DNA of 64,000 nucleotides from Candidatus Helarchaeota ASGARD archaeon Hel_GB_B (GTDB lineage: Archaea > Asgardarchaeota > Lokiarchaeia > Helarchaeales > HEL-GB-B): NCBI GenBank assembly GCA_005191425.1, contig SUPR01000002.1, positions 2,453 to 66,452 of the forward strand. Reading direction: 5' to 3'. Of this stretch, positions 19,713 through 30,863 are shown piece after piece. Position numbers and translations under genes: made by a program. Below the pieces are notes generated by a model. The model saw only the letters and a list, made by a program, of their open reading frames with translations, did no database searches and had not been told where the DNA came from. Position 1 is the stretch's first letter. Each line of letters opens with the position of its first letter.

Positions 19713-20879
19713 TCATTTGAAAAATTTAGTCTTATGGCCCATTCCACTTGCAATTTTATGATCAGGGGTGATTTTAACGTCTAATGGTGTTTCATGGTCA
19801 ATATCTAATATATATCCTTCAAATGCCTCTTCTTCAGAGATGCCTAAATTCTCTAATGTACATTTTGACCCATTAGGCTCTTCTCTTATAATATTATCAT
19901 CCTTGTCGAGCAATTTTTTATAATGATCAGGAATTTTAGTATTTAAAGAAATTGCAGGTATTGGTATCCCTTCTTTCCACTGAGATAGATATATTAAATC
20001 ATAAATTTCAGGTAGGTCACTTTTTACCCATTCCAATGCCCTGTCTTCAATTGTAGATGTAATTAGTTTGTGAGAAGAAGTTAACCCTGCTAAGACCGTC
20101 TGAAATTTTGGTCGTGGCATATATACGATGCTACTAAATAATGGAGGAATAGGATAATATAGAAAATAATAGTCAGGTAATTTGTACTTGAACTTTGTGT
20201 TCAGACCATCATAGATATTTCCAAGCATTTCATAATTTGAAAGTTCTGAAAACATATTATACATTGCTGAAGACCAACAAACACAAACCCAATACCTTGA
20301 GTTTTTCCATTCAGGGCGCCTTTCATTACGGATGTCCATTAAGATGTCCATAAGGACATGAGCTGATTTTGATAAATCCTTGACTTTGGCTGGTATTTCT
20401 CTTATTTTCCATCCATATTTCATGTGTCTTCTGTCTAAAAGTTCATCGTCTAAACCAGCAAGATACCAATCAGAAGGGACTCCAGATTCCATATGACCAT
20501 TAAATACAAATAAAATTTCTGAACTAAAATCATCAATTATTGTGAAACTTACGTCTGTCGAGTCTCCATACATTAATTTATTCGTCCCAACTTGTAGGTC
20601 AGACCTAACTGAAATTATATGAGGAACGGTATATAAGACGCTTTTCTCAGCCTCTTCTTGGCTCATCTCTCCGGATAAGATCTTTTTTCCAGTAAATATC
20701 ATATTATTCCAACGATCTGCAGTAATATCATATTGTACTTGCCTAAATTTCCCCTGAAAACTCTTCATATATTCAAGCCCGAATTTTCTAAAGATTTTAT
20801 ATACATTTCTTGACAATGGCAAATAATATTTAGTCCGAGAATCATCAGGTATTTCTCCAAATGAATGTAAACCAGACAT
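19713..20879 (-). CDS. Hypothetical protein (388 aa), no recognisable family; it sits immediately beside an IS element
   Basis: Long intact ORF with host-like composition. No diagnostic motifs. Confidence 0.3.
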   Translation of the reverse strand: MSGLHSFGEIPDDSRTKYYLPLSRNVYKIFRKFGLEYMKSFQGKFRQVQYDITADRWNNMIFTGKKILSGEMSQEEAEKSVLYTVPHIISVRSDLQVGTNKLMYGDSTDVSFTIIDDFSSEILFVFNGHMESGVPSDWYLAGLDDELLDRRHMKYGWKIREIPAKVKDLSKSAHVLMDILMDIRNERRPEWKNSRYWVCVCWSSAMYNMFSELSNYEMLGNIYDGLNTKFKYKLPDYYFLYYPIPPLFSSIVYMPRPKFQTVLAGLTSSHKLITSTIEDRALEWVKSDLPEIYDLIYLSQWKEGIPIPAISLNTKIPDHYKKLLDKDDNIIREEPNGSKCTLENLGISEEEAFEGYILDIDHETPLDVKITPDHKIASGMGHKTKFFK

Positions 20880-21078
20880 GTTTTAATTACTCCTTGAATA
20901 TTTTAAACTAATTTATTTCAATTATCATCTCTAGGAGGTTCCTTAAATCACTAATACTTTTTATAAATAAAAAAATTTTTGATTAATTATATCATTATAA
21001 AATAATGTTATAACTGATTTAAAAAATTTATAGTCAATGATAATATTATTTTTAAGAACTTAATTTTAACTTAATTAA

Positions 21079-22520
21079 CTAAAGTTCGACACCTTAATAT
21101 TAAAAAAATAAGTTATAAAAATTGATAGGGGTCCCAGTGGAAATAGACCTCTATTTTAAACCTTATAAACTAATTATTTCTTTATAATTAAATGATGAAC
21201 GTCATAAGTGAAAACATGATAGTTAGAGACTTTAGTCAGCTCTTGGAAGGCGATTTAGGAGCAGACCAAATAAAAGTCTTAATGATATATCTTAATGGAC
21301 TTATAACAGAAGATGAAGCTTCTATTAACAAGTTAGCAAAAAATACAGTAGATTCTTTTAATGAGCGGACTATGAACAGAAAATTAAAAAAATTGGCTTC
21401 AAATTCAAAAGATATACTGAAAAAATGTTTAAAATCTTATCAGCAGATACCGGAGCTGTCCATTGATGAAAATGGACTTTATATATTAGACGAACACATA
21501 ATAAGAAAATGGGGCAAAAAAATAGAGGGCTTGGGCTATTTCTACAGTTCATCAGAGAATAAAAAGGTTAAAGGGTTATCAGAGATAAGTGTTCATTATT
21601 ATAGTAAGAAAATAGAGTATCCTGTAACATATGACATTTTTAGAAAGAAAGATGAATTAGAAAAATATAATAAAGAAGGGCAGTTTAGGAGTAAAAATGA
21701 AATAGCGAGGTCTTTGATAAAGGAAACTATAGAGATAAATAGTAAATGTAAAAACTGGTCATTTGACCCGTATTTTTTTACCAAGGATACCGCTAAATAT
21801 TTGATAGAGCTGGGACAGTACTACGTATCGAGGATCAAACGTAATTGGAAGTGTACATTTAAGAAAAAACATTATTCAATATCAGAATTGTACGATACTC
21901 TAAAAAAGGACGATTTTCAATTAGTAAAAGTGAGACATTATAGTACCAAAAAAGTAAGATATTTTATGGTCGCGGAAAGAAATGTGTTCATAGAAAGGTT
22001 GGGAAATCAGCTGGTATTATATGTAAAGGAATTAAAAAAGGACGAAAAAGGAAATTTAATAGAGAAATATGAAGGTAAATATATGACCCTGGTATCAAAT
22101 ATGCTGGACAAAAGTCATGGTGAAATTATCAAAATATATATGATGCGGTGGCGAATAGAGACTGGATATAGAGACCAAAATCAAAATTTAAGCCTGGACA
22201 AGTGCAGATGGCGGGATATTGAAGGGCAGTACTGCTTTATTGCACTTGTATTCTTAGCATATTTGCTACTGTGCTGGGCACGTTATAAAGGGTATTTAAA
22301 GCCATACTCAGATAATTTAAATACTATTGGGTCTATAAAAGAATCATATAAAAAATATAATAATGAGCTATTTGCTGATTGGATAACTGACCTAAAAAAA
22401 CAATGTAATAACTGTAGGTTATTAAAACTTGTGTACCATTTGATTTATAACAAAAAAATTAATATATACCAGTCTGATTTATATATAAATTCTCAGATAA
22501 CTTGATGTGTCGAACTTTAG
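21079..22520 (+). mobile_element. Complete insertion sequence (~1.44 kb) with 14-bp perfect terminal inverted repeats CTAAAGTTCGACAC / GTGTCGAACTTTAG; encodes one DDE transposase
   Basis: IRL lies at 21079-21092 and IRR at 22507-22520, directly after the transposase stop. The transposase ORF fills the interval. Confidence 0.6.
21192..22505 (+). CDS. DDE-type transposase (IS4/IS701-superfamily-like)
   Basis: The C-terminus has YMMRWRIETGYRDQNQNL...K, the W-x-IE..(K/R) catalytic E-region typical of DDE transposases. Flanked by inverted repeats. Confidence 0.7.
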   Translation: MMNVISENMIVRDFSQLLEGDLGADQIKVLMIYLNGLITEDEASINKLAKNTVDSFNERTMNRKLKKLASNSKDILKKCLKSYQQIPELSIDENGLYILDEHIIRKWGKKIEGLGYFYSSSENKKVKGLSEISVHYYSKKIEYPVTYDIFRKKDELEKYNKEGQFRSKNEIARSLIKETIEINSKCKNWSFDPYFFTKDTAKYLIELGQYYVSRIKRNWKCTFKKKHYSISELYDTLKKDDFQLVKVRHYSTKKVRYFMVAERNVFIERLGNQLVLYVKELKKDEKGNLIEKYEGKYMTLVSNMLDKSHGEIIKIYMMRWRIETGYRDQNQNLSLDKCRWRDIEGQYCFIALVFLAYLLLCWARYKGYLKPYSDNLNTIGSIKESYKKYNNELFADWITDLKKQCNNCRLLKLVYHLIYNKKINIYQSDLYINSQIT

Positions 22521-22629
22521 ATTATAAATATTTTTGAACTTATAGTGGGATATACAAAATTATTTAGACAATTCACCAGAAATTTATACCATTACAAGAG
22601 ATGTAATAATATTATCCAATACATGTGAT

Positions 22630-23025
22630 ATGGTATTAAATAATCAAAAATTAAGAAATGTTTTAATTTCTCCATTAATTACAATCTCTGAATTTGAGCA
22701 AAAGAATCAAATTCATCGCAGTTCTGATTTTAAAGAAGCGATAAGGAGGGGCTATATTAGAAATTTTTTTATGCTAGCCAGAATCGATTTTGATAATATT
22801 AAAAAAGAAACTTGTTTGATAAATTTTCGAGAAATTTTCTTTACACCAAGTGAGATAATTAGAAATCATGCTAAACAATTAGGCAAAAGAATTAGACTTA
22901 AAAGTCCTTATAGAGAGAGTTTATCTCAAGCATTTGGAAAATTTATTATGTATGTAGGTTATCCAGAAGAAATATCTTATTTTACCAAAAAATTGAAAAT
23001 TTCAAAATTTGAAAATAATTTTTAA
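22630..23025 (+). CDS. Hypothetical protein (131 aa)
   Basis: Supported by the ORF only. Confidence 0.2.
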   Translation: MVLNNQKLRNVLISPLITISEFEQKNQIHRSSDFKEAIRRGYIRNFFMLARIDFDNIKKETCLINFREIFFTPSEIIRNHAKQLGKRIRLKSPYRESLSQAFGKFIMYVGYPEEISYFTKKLKISKFENNF

Positions 23026-23220
23026 TTATTTGAATTGTAGCGATCAATTCAAAAGCACTAAGTCTTCTTTTATTATAAATATTTAAAATTAAATTATATA
23101 GATAAGAAATTATATTTAAATTTATTAAAAAGTGATCTAATCAATTAAAAATGAATAAATATCGGAATAATTTTAAGGTTATGATAAGTTATAAAGAAAA
23201 AAATAAAAAGAGGTCCGATT

Positions 23221-24732
23221 TTGATAGAAAATGACGTATATGATGTAATCGTAATTGGGTCTGGAGTTGGCGGGTCTGCATGTGCGGCTATTTTAAGTCA
23301 AGCTGGATTTAAAACTTTAATTTTGGAAAAAAATAACGAAATTGGAGGCGCATGTAGTTCTTATTTCAAGGAAGGCTTTATAATTGATAGGGCATGTCAT
23401 ATTATTCCAATTGGAATAAAAGGGGTCATTGGAAAAATTTTAAAGAAATGTGGTCTGAAAAATCTAGTTTTTTCAAAAAAAATAGGTACTGATTCAGCTG
23501 TTAGACTATTAAATAGTGATTATATACCATTGTCTTTTGCACCAAATGATTTAATTTCTCTTGATCAATTTAAAGGACTTTTTGATGCATTTGGCTTTAG
23601 TCCAGAGGAACAGACTGAATTGATAAATGTAGTATTTAAAATATTACAATATCCAAGGTCTAAAATTCGTCAAATGTTTGAAACAAAAATTATATTATCC
23701 GAATTTCTTGATAAGTTGACAAATTCTGAAAGAGTTAAATTCTTTTTAAGTTGGTTTAATGGACTTATGTTTGTTATACCACCCACTCAAACTAGTGCAG
23801 CTGAATTCTTACATTCATTCCAAGAAATGGTTTTTAAAAATGATGTTTCTTATCCAATGGGCGGTTGTATTGCAATCCCTCAAGCATTTATTGAAGGTGT
23901 TAAAAAATTTGGCGGAATTTATAAACCAAATATTGAAGTAAAAAAAATTCTAATCGAGGATAATAAAGTAATAGGAGTAGAATTGAATAATGGTAATATA
24001 ATCAATTCTAAAATTGTGATAAGTAACTTAAATATCAAACAAACAGTTAATAAATTAGTTGGTCCAAAATATTTTGATAAACAATATTTAGAGAAAGTTA
24101 ACTCTTTGAAAGGTTCTGGGAGCACAATTGTATTAAAAATAGCTGTAGATAAGGTTATAATTCCAAATTATTCATCTGTGCATTTAATACATACTGATAA
24201 TTTTTCTAAAATAATAGAAAGCTATAAAGATTGGGAAAAAATGGAAGCTGAAGAACGAATTCCAGATAACCCTGTATTTATGGTACCAATTCCAAGCAAT
24301 ATAGATAAAAGTCTAGCTCCTCCTGGTAAACAACTCCTAATTTTCGGAAGTGGCGGAATAGCTACAAGTGAAAAACGGAATTGGGATCCATGGATAGAAA
24401 GATATTATGAAGCTATTCTAGATTTCCACCCTGAAATTGATGACCATTTAATTTTCATGGATATTACTACTCCATCTCCTAATACCGGTAAAATTAAAGC
24501 GTCAACAGACCTTACATCATATAGAGGAAATTTTATGGTCGAAGGCACTTCATTAACACCAGACCAAGCAGGAAAATATAGAATAAGTTCACAACTACCA
24601 ATTGAAGGATTATTTGTTGTTGGAGACAGTGCAGGTACTGATACACATGGAGTAGGCACTCAAATAGCAGCAGACAGCGGCTTAAAATGTGCTCAATATA
24701 TCACTTCAAAATATAAAATGAAGACACATTAA
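23221..24732 (+). CDS. FAD-dependent oxidoreductase, phytoene desaturase (CrtI/CrtD)-like family
   Basis: N-terminal Rossmann dinucleotide motif DVIVIGSGVGGSACAAIL. ~500 aa amine-oxidase/CrtI-like length. Confidence 0.55.
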   Translation: MIENDVYDVIVIGSGVGGSACAAILSQAGFKTLILEKNNEIGGACSSYFKEGFIIDRACHIIPIGIKGVIGKILKKCGLKNLVFSKKIGTDSAVRLLNSDYIPLSFAPNDLISLDQFKGLFDAFGFSPEEQTELINVVFKILQYPRSKIRQMFETKIILSEFLDKLTNSERVKFFLSWFNGLMFVIPPTQTSAAEFLHSFQEMVFKNDVSYPMGGCIAIPQAFIEGVKKFGGIYKPNIEVKKILIEDNKVIGVELNNGNIINSKIVISNLNIKQTVNKLVGPKYFDKQYLEKVNSLKGSGSTIVLKIAVDKVIIPNYSSVHLIHTDNFSKIIESYKDWEKMEAEERIPDNPVFMVPIPSNIDKSLAPPGKQLLIFGSGGIATSEKRNWDPWIERYYEAILDFHPEIDDHLIFMDITTPSPNTGKIKASTDLTSYRGNFMVEGTSLTPDQAGKYRISSQLPIEGLFVVGDSAGTDTHGVGTQIAADSGLKCAQYITSKYKMKTH

Positions 24733-25282
24733 CTTTATATATATTAGAAGATATGAATTTTTTTCATTTATTCATCTGGGACATGATTCAATATAAAATA
24801 ATTTCTGTTTTTTTTTTTCAGTACATATAACGTATAAAAAATTAACATGATTATTTACTATATTGACCGTTTTTCATTTTTTTTAATTTTTCTTGTATTT
24901 TTTTATTGTGTCGTTAGAGTAAATTAATCTTGAAATATTATATTGTTAGATTCTCAACCATACCCCAGTCCTTATTACTCTTACTTTTCTATTTTAAATT
25001 AATATCTTGTTAATAATAAGTATTAATTACATTCGACCAAAAATTTCTTCTAAAGATTTAAAATCAATGAAATTTTATTATTATTTTTAAAATAGACAAA
25101 TAAAATTGTAAAATAAAAACAGAAAATGATTATGAAATAACTTAATAAATAATAAAAGAAATTAACTTCTAAAAATAACCATTATTATTCTTATAAATTT
25201 AATTAAATTTCCAATTCTTTATTATTTACCTCCAAAAAATTCTAATAGACAAACATAATTAATATTCTTGTGAAAATTTGAG

Positions 25283-26716
25283 ATGAACGAACGAATTCTA
25301 GAAAAAAAAAGAAGGACTTATGGCGAGCATTTAACACCTATAAAAATATTTAAACAATTTATTTTAGGCGAAATTAAAGATATATTATATGATTATAAAT
25401 GGGTTGACCTATACGCAGGAGAGGGAAATTTAATATTGCCCATTTTGGACATAATACCTAAAGAATCAAGAAATAAATTTTTTAAAAACCATATATTTCT
25501 ATTTGATGTTCAAAAAGAATTAGTAGAAAAAGCAATAATAAATGCTACTAATTATGGAATTTCAATAAATATTGCCCAAAAAAATATAATTGTCAAAGAT
25601 ACATTAAGTTCATTCCCCAAATTCATCCTTAACTCTACAATTCCTGTATACCATATCACGAACCCACCATATTTGTACATTGGATATATTATGAAGCATA
25701 AAGAAACTAATAAATATCTCAAATTATTCGAAGGAAAAAATGAAGGATATCAAGATTTATATCAGATAGCGATGATTAATGACTTAAGAAATAATGTTAA
25801 AAAAATGATATATATAATTCCATCAAATTTTTTATTTGGAGCCTCCGGGACTAATAAAATTCGTGATAATTTCTTGAAATATTATAAAATTAATAAAGCA
25901 TATATTCTTGAACAAGAAATATTTAAACATACTGGAGTAAATGTCGTTATTTTATTTTTTGAAAAAAAGTTAAATCCAAAAGATGAAATCTTATCATTTC
26001 AAGGAATAAAAATTAATAATTCAAATAAAGAAAAAACTTACCAACTTGACCCAAGATTTCATTACCGAGCTGGAAATTTATTTGAAGAATTTGTCATTAA
26101 AAATAAAGCTAAAAATCCATTGAAAATTTCTTATTATTTAACTAATGAAGAAGTTAAAAAAAATCCCGGTGATTATTCAATAGAAGTAATTGATTCTAAC
26201 TCCTATAATGGAAATCAATATGCAAAAAAAGTAATTAATGTAAATAAAACCTTATATAATAAGATTAAATCAAATATTTTGTTTGTTAGAACAGTAGATA
26301 CCGGTTCTATGAACGGAAGAGCCGGTCTATATCTAGTAAGAGAATGGTTTGGTGTAGATGGTATTTTAGTTACAAAAGCAAAATATCGGACTCATCCTAT
26401 CCAAATATTTCTTACTCCTCAAATCTCTTTACATGACCAAATTTTATTAAAAAAATATTTTAATTTATTACTTGAATATTTCAGGAAAAATACAGACAGT
26501 GAATTTATGACTACATATAAATATTCTGATAGCATATATACCCGAAAATATTTAGGACTTTCTCAAGCAAGAAAATTAATCGAAACATTTCCGATAAATC
26601 TATCTCAATCTAAGAAAAAATTAATGAGTGACCTCATTAAAAATAATAAAAATGAAAATTTAAAAAGTTTTATTGAACATTTATTTAATACCAATGATTT
26701 AACTGCTTATTTTTAA
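25283..26716 (+). CDS. N6-adenine DNA methyltransferase (NPPY-type), apparently an orphan
   Basis: GEHLTP (motif X/I-like), DLYAGEGNL (AdoMet-binding motif I) and HITNPPYLY (motif IV NPPY). No adjacent restriction endonuclease is recognisable. Confidence 0.65.
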   Translation: MNERILEKKRRTYGEHLTPIKIFKQFILGEIKDILYDYKWVDLYAGEGNLILPILDIIPKESRNKFFKNHIFLFDVQKELVEKAIINATNYGISINIAQKNIIVKDTLSSFPKFILNSTIPVYHITNPPYLYIGYIMKHKETNKYLKLFEGKNEGYQDLYQIAMINDLRNNVKKMIYIIPSNFLFGASGTNKIRDNFLKYYKINKAYILEQEIFKHTGVNVVILFFEKKLNPKDEILSFQGIKINNSNKEKTYQLDPRFHYRAGNLFEEFVIKNKAKNPLKISYYLTNEEVKKNPGDYSIEVIDSNSYNGNQYAKKVINVNKTLYNKIKSNILFVRTVDTGSMNGRAGLYLVREWFGVDGILVTKAKYRTHPIQIFLTPQISLHDQILLKKYFNLLLEYFRKNTDSEFMTTYKYSDSIYTRKYLGLSQARKLIETFPINLSQSKKKLMSDLIKNNKNENLKSFIEHLFNTNDLTAYF

Positions 26717-26961
26717 AAAAGTGTAATATTTAATAATAGATACATTAATTTTCCAGAAGAGTTTATAGATAATATAAAACAAGATGAAAATTAACGACTT
26801 ATAGTTTATTTGTTTCTTCCATTAGAAGATGATTAAATGACTTCTAATTTTTTTTGTATATAAAGTTAATTCAATCCTTCATAACTTAAAAAAATGTTTT
26901 TAATATTATAATCTTTAATTAATATCATTTTTCGCAATGACAAATAAACAAGGAATTTAAA

Positions 26962-27645
26962 ATGAAGCAGATAAAATTACAATATAAAATTTCAATTATT
27001 TTGATTAGTACCGGATTAATTATATCAATTATTTTATTTAATACTTTTTGGTCGTTGCTTGGCTTAATGTTTATTGGGGGCGGATTAATTTTAGCGATAA
27101 TTTATTATGAGCAGAAATGGATTAAGCGGAAATATTTAAAATGGGGGTTGACTGGGACATTAATTTTTTCGATAGTATATGGTATTTTGGAGTATACTCT
27201 TTTCGATTCTCCATGGAATAACTACTTTAAAATCTCAGATTGGTTTCCTGATATGTATTATTATTGGGCTTTTATGACCATACTAAATTTCTCAATAACA
27301 ATAATAGCCTCACGAGGCTCAATTGCGATGTCTTTAAGTTCTATCCCATTATTTGCAACAAATGAAGATTTATGGTATTGGTTATCGCAAAGTATCCATG
27401 AATTAAATTATGTATTTCCAGTAAGTAATTGGTTTGATAAAAGATTCCCATTTTTAAGAGGCTTAGGTGAGCCACTACCATTTTTCCCTTATTTCCCACG
27501 CTTCTATCTTGTAGGTTGGATATTAATTTCCATATTATTAATTATCCAATTCAAGAATTTACAAGGTAAAAAATTTATAATTTCTATACTTTGCTTTATT
27601 ACTGCTTGTTTTGGGTGTTTATTATTAATACCAGTTTTTTTTTAA
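26962..27645 (+). CDS. Hypothetical integral membrane protein
   Basis: Multiple hydrophobic helices. No family recognised. Confidence 0.3.
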   Translation: MKQIKLQYKISIILISTGLIISIILFNTFWSLLGLMFIGGGLILAIIYYEQKWIKRKYLKWGLTGTLIFSIVYGILEYTLFDSPWNNYFKISDWFPDMYYYWAFMTILNFSITIIASRGSIAMSLSSIPLFATNEDLWYWLSQSIHELNYVFPVSNWFDKRFPFLRGLGEPLPFFPYFPRFYLVGWILISILLIIQFKNLQGKKFIISILCFITACFGCLLLIPVFF

Positions 27646-27938
27646 AAATTAAATTAAATTTCTTATCAAAATTAATTTTTCTAGATATAATTCTCAATAA
27701 ATGTATTTTTTAAATAAAATACAATAAATATTGGTCTAATAAAAAATATCCAAGTAATAAATCCAAAACATAATAAAACTAAATCCTAAAACATACTTTT
27801 TATGTTGAAAATCTTTATATCTTGGTCTCAAAAATTTATATATTTTTATAACAAATAATAATCTCAATAATAAATAATAATCTTAATAACTCTATAATTT
27901 TATAGGAAATTTGATTTCCGCATTTAGAAGATGGTTTT

Positions 27939-28598
27939 ATGGTAGATGATAAAGAGCAGAGAACAAAAACCGAAAATAAAAATCCATATGACATCTGTAC
28001 ATGGCGTGATAGTTCAAATTGCAAAGGTTGTAATTTAAATGAGAATTTGAATTGTAGATTTAATGGATTAAATAAGTCTAGTTTGATTTTTGGTCTGTCA
28101 TTTTTTTTGTATTTAGTACCTGTTTTAATAGGGATGATATGGTCCAATTTGGTTATATATATTATTTTCTGGGTAATATATACAATATTCTTTTTTCAAT
28201 TCTGGGAAATCCGCGTTTTATGTAGACATTGCCCTTTTTGGTCTGAAGGTGGAAAAATACTTCATTGTTTTGCTAATTATGGTTTTTACAAAGTTTGGAA
28301 ATATAATCCAGGTCCAATGACTAAATGGGAGAAGGCCCAATTTTTAGTTGGAATAGCTATATTAATGGGTTATTTTATTCCATTTCTGGTTGTATATAAT
28401 CAACTTTTAATGTTAATAATAACGATAATTGGAATTATCTTTTTCTTTGTGAATGTTTTTATTAACCATTGTCCTAAATGTGTAAATTTTTCATGTCCAT
28501 TCAACAGAGTTCCAAAGAAAATAGTAGATGGATATTTGAAATTAAATCCAGTTATAAAAGACGCTTGGGAAAAAAAAGGATATAAAATAGGGAATTAA
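27939..28598 (+). CDS. Hypothetical Cys-rich integral membrane protein
   Basis: Cys clusters (CKGCNLNENLNC; CRHCPFW; CPKCVNFSCPF) flank three to four TM helices. Confidence 0.35.
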   Translation: MVDDKEQRTKTENKNPYDICTWRDSSNCKGCNLNENLNCRFNGLNKSSLIFGLSFFLYLVPVLIGMIWSNLVIYIIFWVIYTIFFFQFWEIRVLCRHCPFWSEGGKILHCFANYGFYKVWKYNPGPMTKWEKAQFLVGIAILMGYFIPFLVVYNQLLMLIITIIGIIFFFVNVFINHCPKCVNFSCPFNRVPKKIVDGYLKLNPVIKDAWEKKGYKIGN

Positions 28599-28699
28599 TA
28601 GGTTCTCTTAAGAACTTTTTAAAAATAATTCCAATATAATCCACCAATTATTATTGAACGATATAGATAATCTAAATTACTAATTCAATGAATTGAAAA

Positions 28700-29611
28700 A
28701 TGGGCTCAATTAGTTCTAAATCCGAAATAAAGCAACGTGCAACCTCTTATTTCGAAAAAAATTTAGATTTTAATCAAATTGATAAATTTCAAGTGAAGTC
28801 AATAAATGAACTATTAAAAGAAGAATATGAATTAATTCCTGACAAGGAACGGATCGGAAAAGGAAGGGTATATCTAATTAAAATTATAGCTAAAACATTA
28901 TACCAATTAATTAAAAGCAAATTTCCGAAAATGAATTCAGATGAAACTCAGGGGCATGAATTTTTAATAAATATTTTAAAACTTATTAAAAACTGTAATA
29001 ATATTAATGATAAGAATATTTCGATATTTGCAATTCATTTAACTTCAAATTTAGTTTTAGATTATTTTGACGATGCTATTTCTTTGGTCGAAAATTGGAT
29101 AGATAACGAAGATTGGGAAATTAGAGAAAATAGTGTTTATCCAATATTATCTGGATTGAAAACTAACCGAGAAAAGACAATAGAATTTTTAAGAAAATGG
29201 ATAAAAAGTGAGAACCCAAATTTTCGAAGATTTGTTGCAGAATCATTACGACCTAGAGCAGAAATAAAATGGTTGAGAGACCCGACCCAAAATGATGAAA
29301 TTTTAAAAATATTAACCGAATTAAACCATGATAATTCAATCTATGTGAGAAAATCTGTAGGTAATAATTTAAAAGACCTTTCCAAATATATGCCCGAAAA
29401 AATTCTAACTCTGATAGAAGAATGGTTAAACGAAAAAGAAAAATTGAACGAAAAAGAACAAAAAAATTTAATATGGACTATTTATCAAGCTTTAAGATGG
29501 CTTAAAGATAAAAATCCAAAATATCACAAATGGATCGAAAAATTAGTGGGAAAAAATTATCTGCTATATTTTGATGAAAAAAGAAATAGAAATGCTATTC
29601 CAAGAAAATAA
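28700..29611 (+). CDS. HEAT/ARM-repeat protein, DNA alkylation repair enzyme (AlkC/AlkD)-like
   Basis: Helical-repeat composition. The segment YVRKSVGNNLKDLSKYMPEKI resembles the conserved W/Y-V-R-R...L-R-D region of the DNA_alkylation family. Confidence 0.4.
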   Translation: MGSISSKSEIKQRATSYFEKNLDFNQIDKFQVKSINELLKEEYELIPDKERIGKGRVYLIKIIAKTLYQLIKSKFPKMNSDETQGHEFLINILKLIKNCNNINDKNISIFAIHLTSNLVLDYFDDAISLVENWIDNEDWEIRENSVYPILSGLKTNREKTIEFLRKWIKSENPNFRRFVAESLRPRAEIKWLRDPTQNDEILKILTELNHDNSIYVRKSVGNNLKDLSKYMPEKILTLIEEWLNEKEKLNEKEQKNLIWTIYQALRWLKDKNPKYHKWIEKLVGKNYLLYFDEKRNRNAIPRK

Positions 29612-30085
29612 ATTTAGCCTTCTATTATTTTAGTCATTAAAATTTCAGCCATTTTTTTCTCTAAAATTTTAATTTGGATAATATTTTTATTTTAATTTTT
29701 TAATTCACATCTTTATTATTCTAAATAATTGGAAAATATTGTAAACTTAAGCCAATTAATTAATAAATCGGATATTATTAACCCAAATGATGATTGGAAA
29801 TCCAATAAATCAACTTAAAATGAAATTCTAAATTCTTGTTTCAACGACTGGATTTGCGCATTTTTTAATTTATAAATAAAAATTTCTATTAATAAATAAT
29901 TTTTATAAATGATGTAATAAAATGGAAGTTTGACATAAAACATACTTTATTATTAATTAATTTTTCACATATTATCATTTAATATTACTGTATTTTCATC
30001 TTAAATCTTATCTTATAATTTGCGACTAACCAAGTAGGGTAGTTTAAAAGGAATTTTGAAATAATAGTAGTATAAATTTTTTAGG

Positions 30086-30397
30086 ATGAAAAAAATGAAT
30101 GTCAAGAACGTTCTAGGAATTTATAAAATAGATAATAGAGGATTATGTGAAGAATATAGAAAATTTAAAAAAGCAAAAAAACAATTTGACCCTCAATTGA
30201 TTGCAGGATTTTTTTATGCGATAAATAATTTCACGAATGATTATTTTGGAGAAAAATTGATGACGTTAAATACTAGAAACTATAAAATAATTTTTAAAAA
30301 AGACGGACATTCTTTGATTGTTTATATTGTAGATAATAAACTCGACAATTATGAGTTGTTAGAATCCGAACTTTCTTGTGAATGCCAAATTTTTTAA
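30086..30397 (+). CDS. Hypothetical small protein (103 aa), possibly roadblock/longin-like fold
   Basis: Alternating hydrophobic pattern LIAGFFYAINNF...YKIIFKKDGHSLIVYIVD. The fold assignment is weak. Confidence 0.2.
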   Translation: MKKMNVKNVLGIYKIDNRGLCEEYRKFKKAKKQFDPQLIAGFFYAINNFTNDYFGEKLMTLNTRNYKIIFKKDGHSLIVYIVDNKLDNYELLESELSCECQIF

Positions 30398-30620
30398 TAT
30401 TTATTTAAATATAAATCAAAAAATTACTTTTTAGCCGTTTTTTTTAGTATTTTAATACTTTAAGATGATTTCTTTTAAATTTGAATTTTTATTAATCACA
30501 TTTATTAAAAGAAAATACAAATTAAAAATTGCTAAATAATAATCTCTTTAACAAATTTAAGCGGAACATTGTGAAATCAGTCAAAAAATCTAGAAAATAA
30601 ATATTATAAAGTGAATAACT

Positions 30621-30863
30621 TTGAATATTGATAATAAATTATTAATTATTCATGAAAATAACTGTACAAATTGTAGGACATGCCAATTAAGATGTTCTTT
30701 TTTACATTTTCAAGAATTCAATCCTTCTAAAGCATATATATTAATCGATAGTACTGGATTATTTCCTAAAATTTCGTTTCACAAGGATTGTAAAAAATGT
30801 GGAATTTGTATTGACTATTGTTTATATGATGTATTTGAATTAGTTGAGGTGGACAATCAATGA
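30621..30863 (+). CDS. Small ferredoxin-like Cys-rich protein; its stop overlaps the AOR start by 4 nt
   Basis: CTNCRTCQLRC and CKKCGICIDYC motifs. Overlapping stop/start indicates translational coupling to AOR. Confidence 0.45.
   Translation: MNIDNKLLIIHENNCTNCRTCQLRCSFLHFQEFNPSKAYILIDSTGLFPKISFHKDCKKCGICIDYCLYDVFELVEVDNQ

Noticed and set aside
21370-21784. Two small minus-strand ORFs inside the IS element
   Set aside because: Both are internal to and antisense of the intact transposase gene.
27836-28147. 103-aa minus-strand ORF overlapping the Cys-rich membrane protein gene
   Set aside because: The plus-strand ORF (27939-28598) has coherent TM/Cys architecture. The minus ORF is the low-complexity shadow frame.
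29780-29860. Candidate C/D-box sRNA (ATGATGA ... CTGG) in the intergenic region
   Set aside because: The box spacing (~70 nt) and the lack of a proper CUGA D box and of a C'/D' pair do not fit archaeal C/D sRNA architecture.
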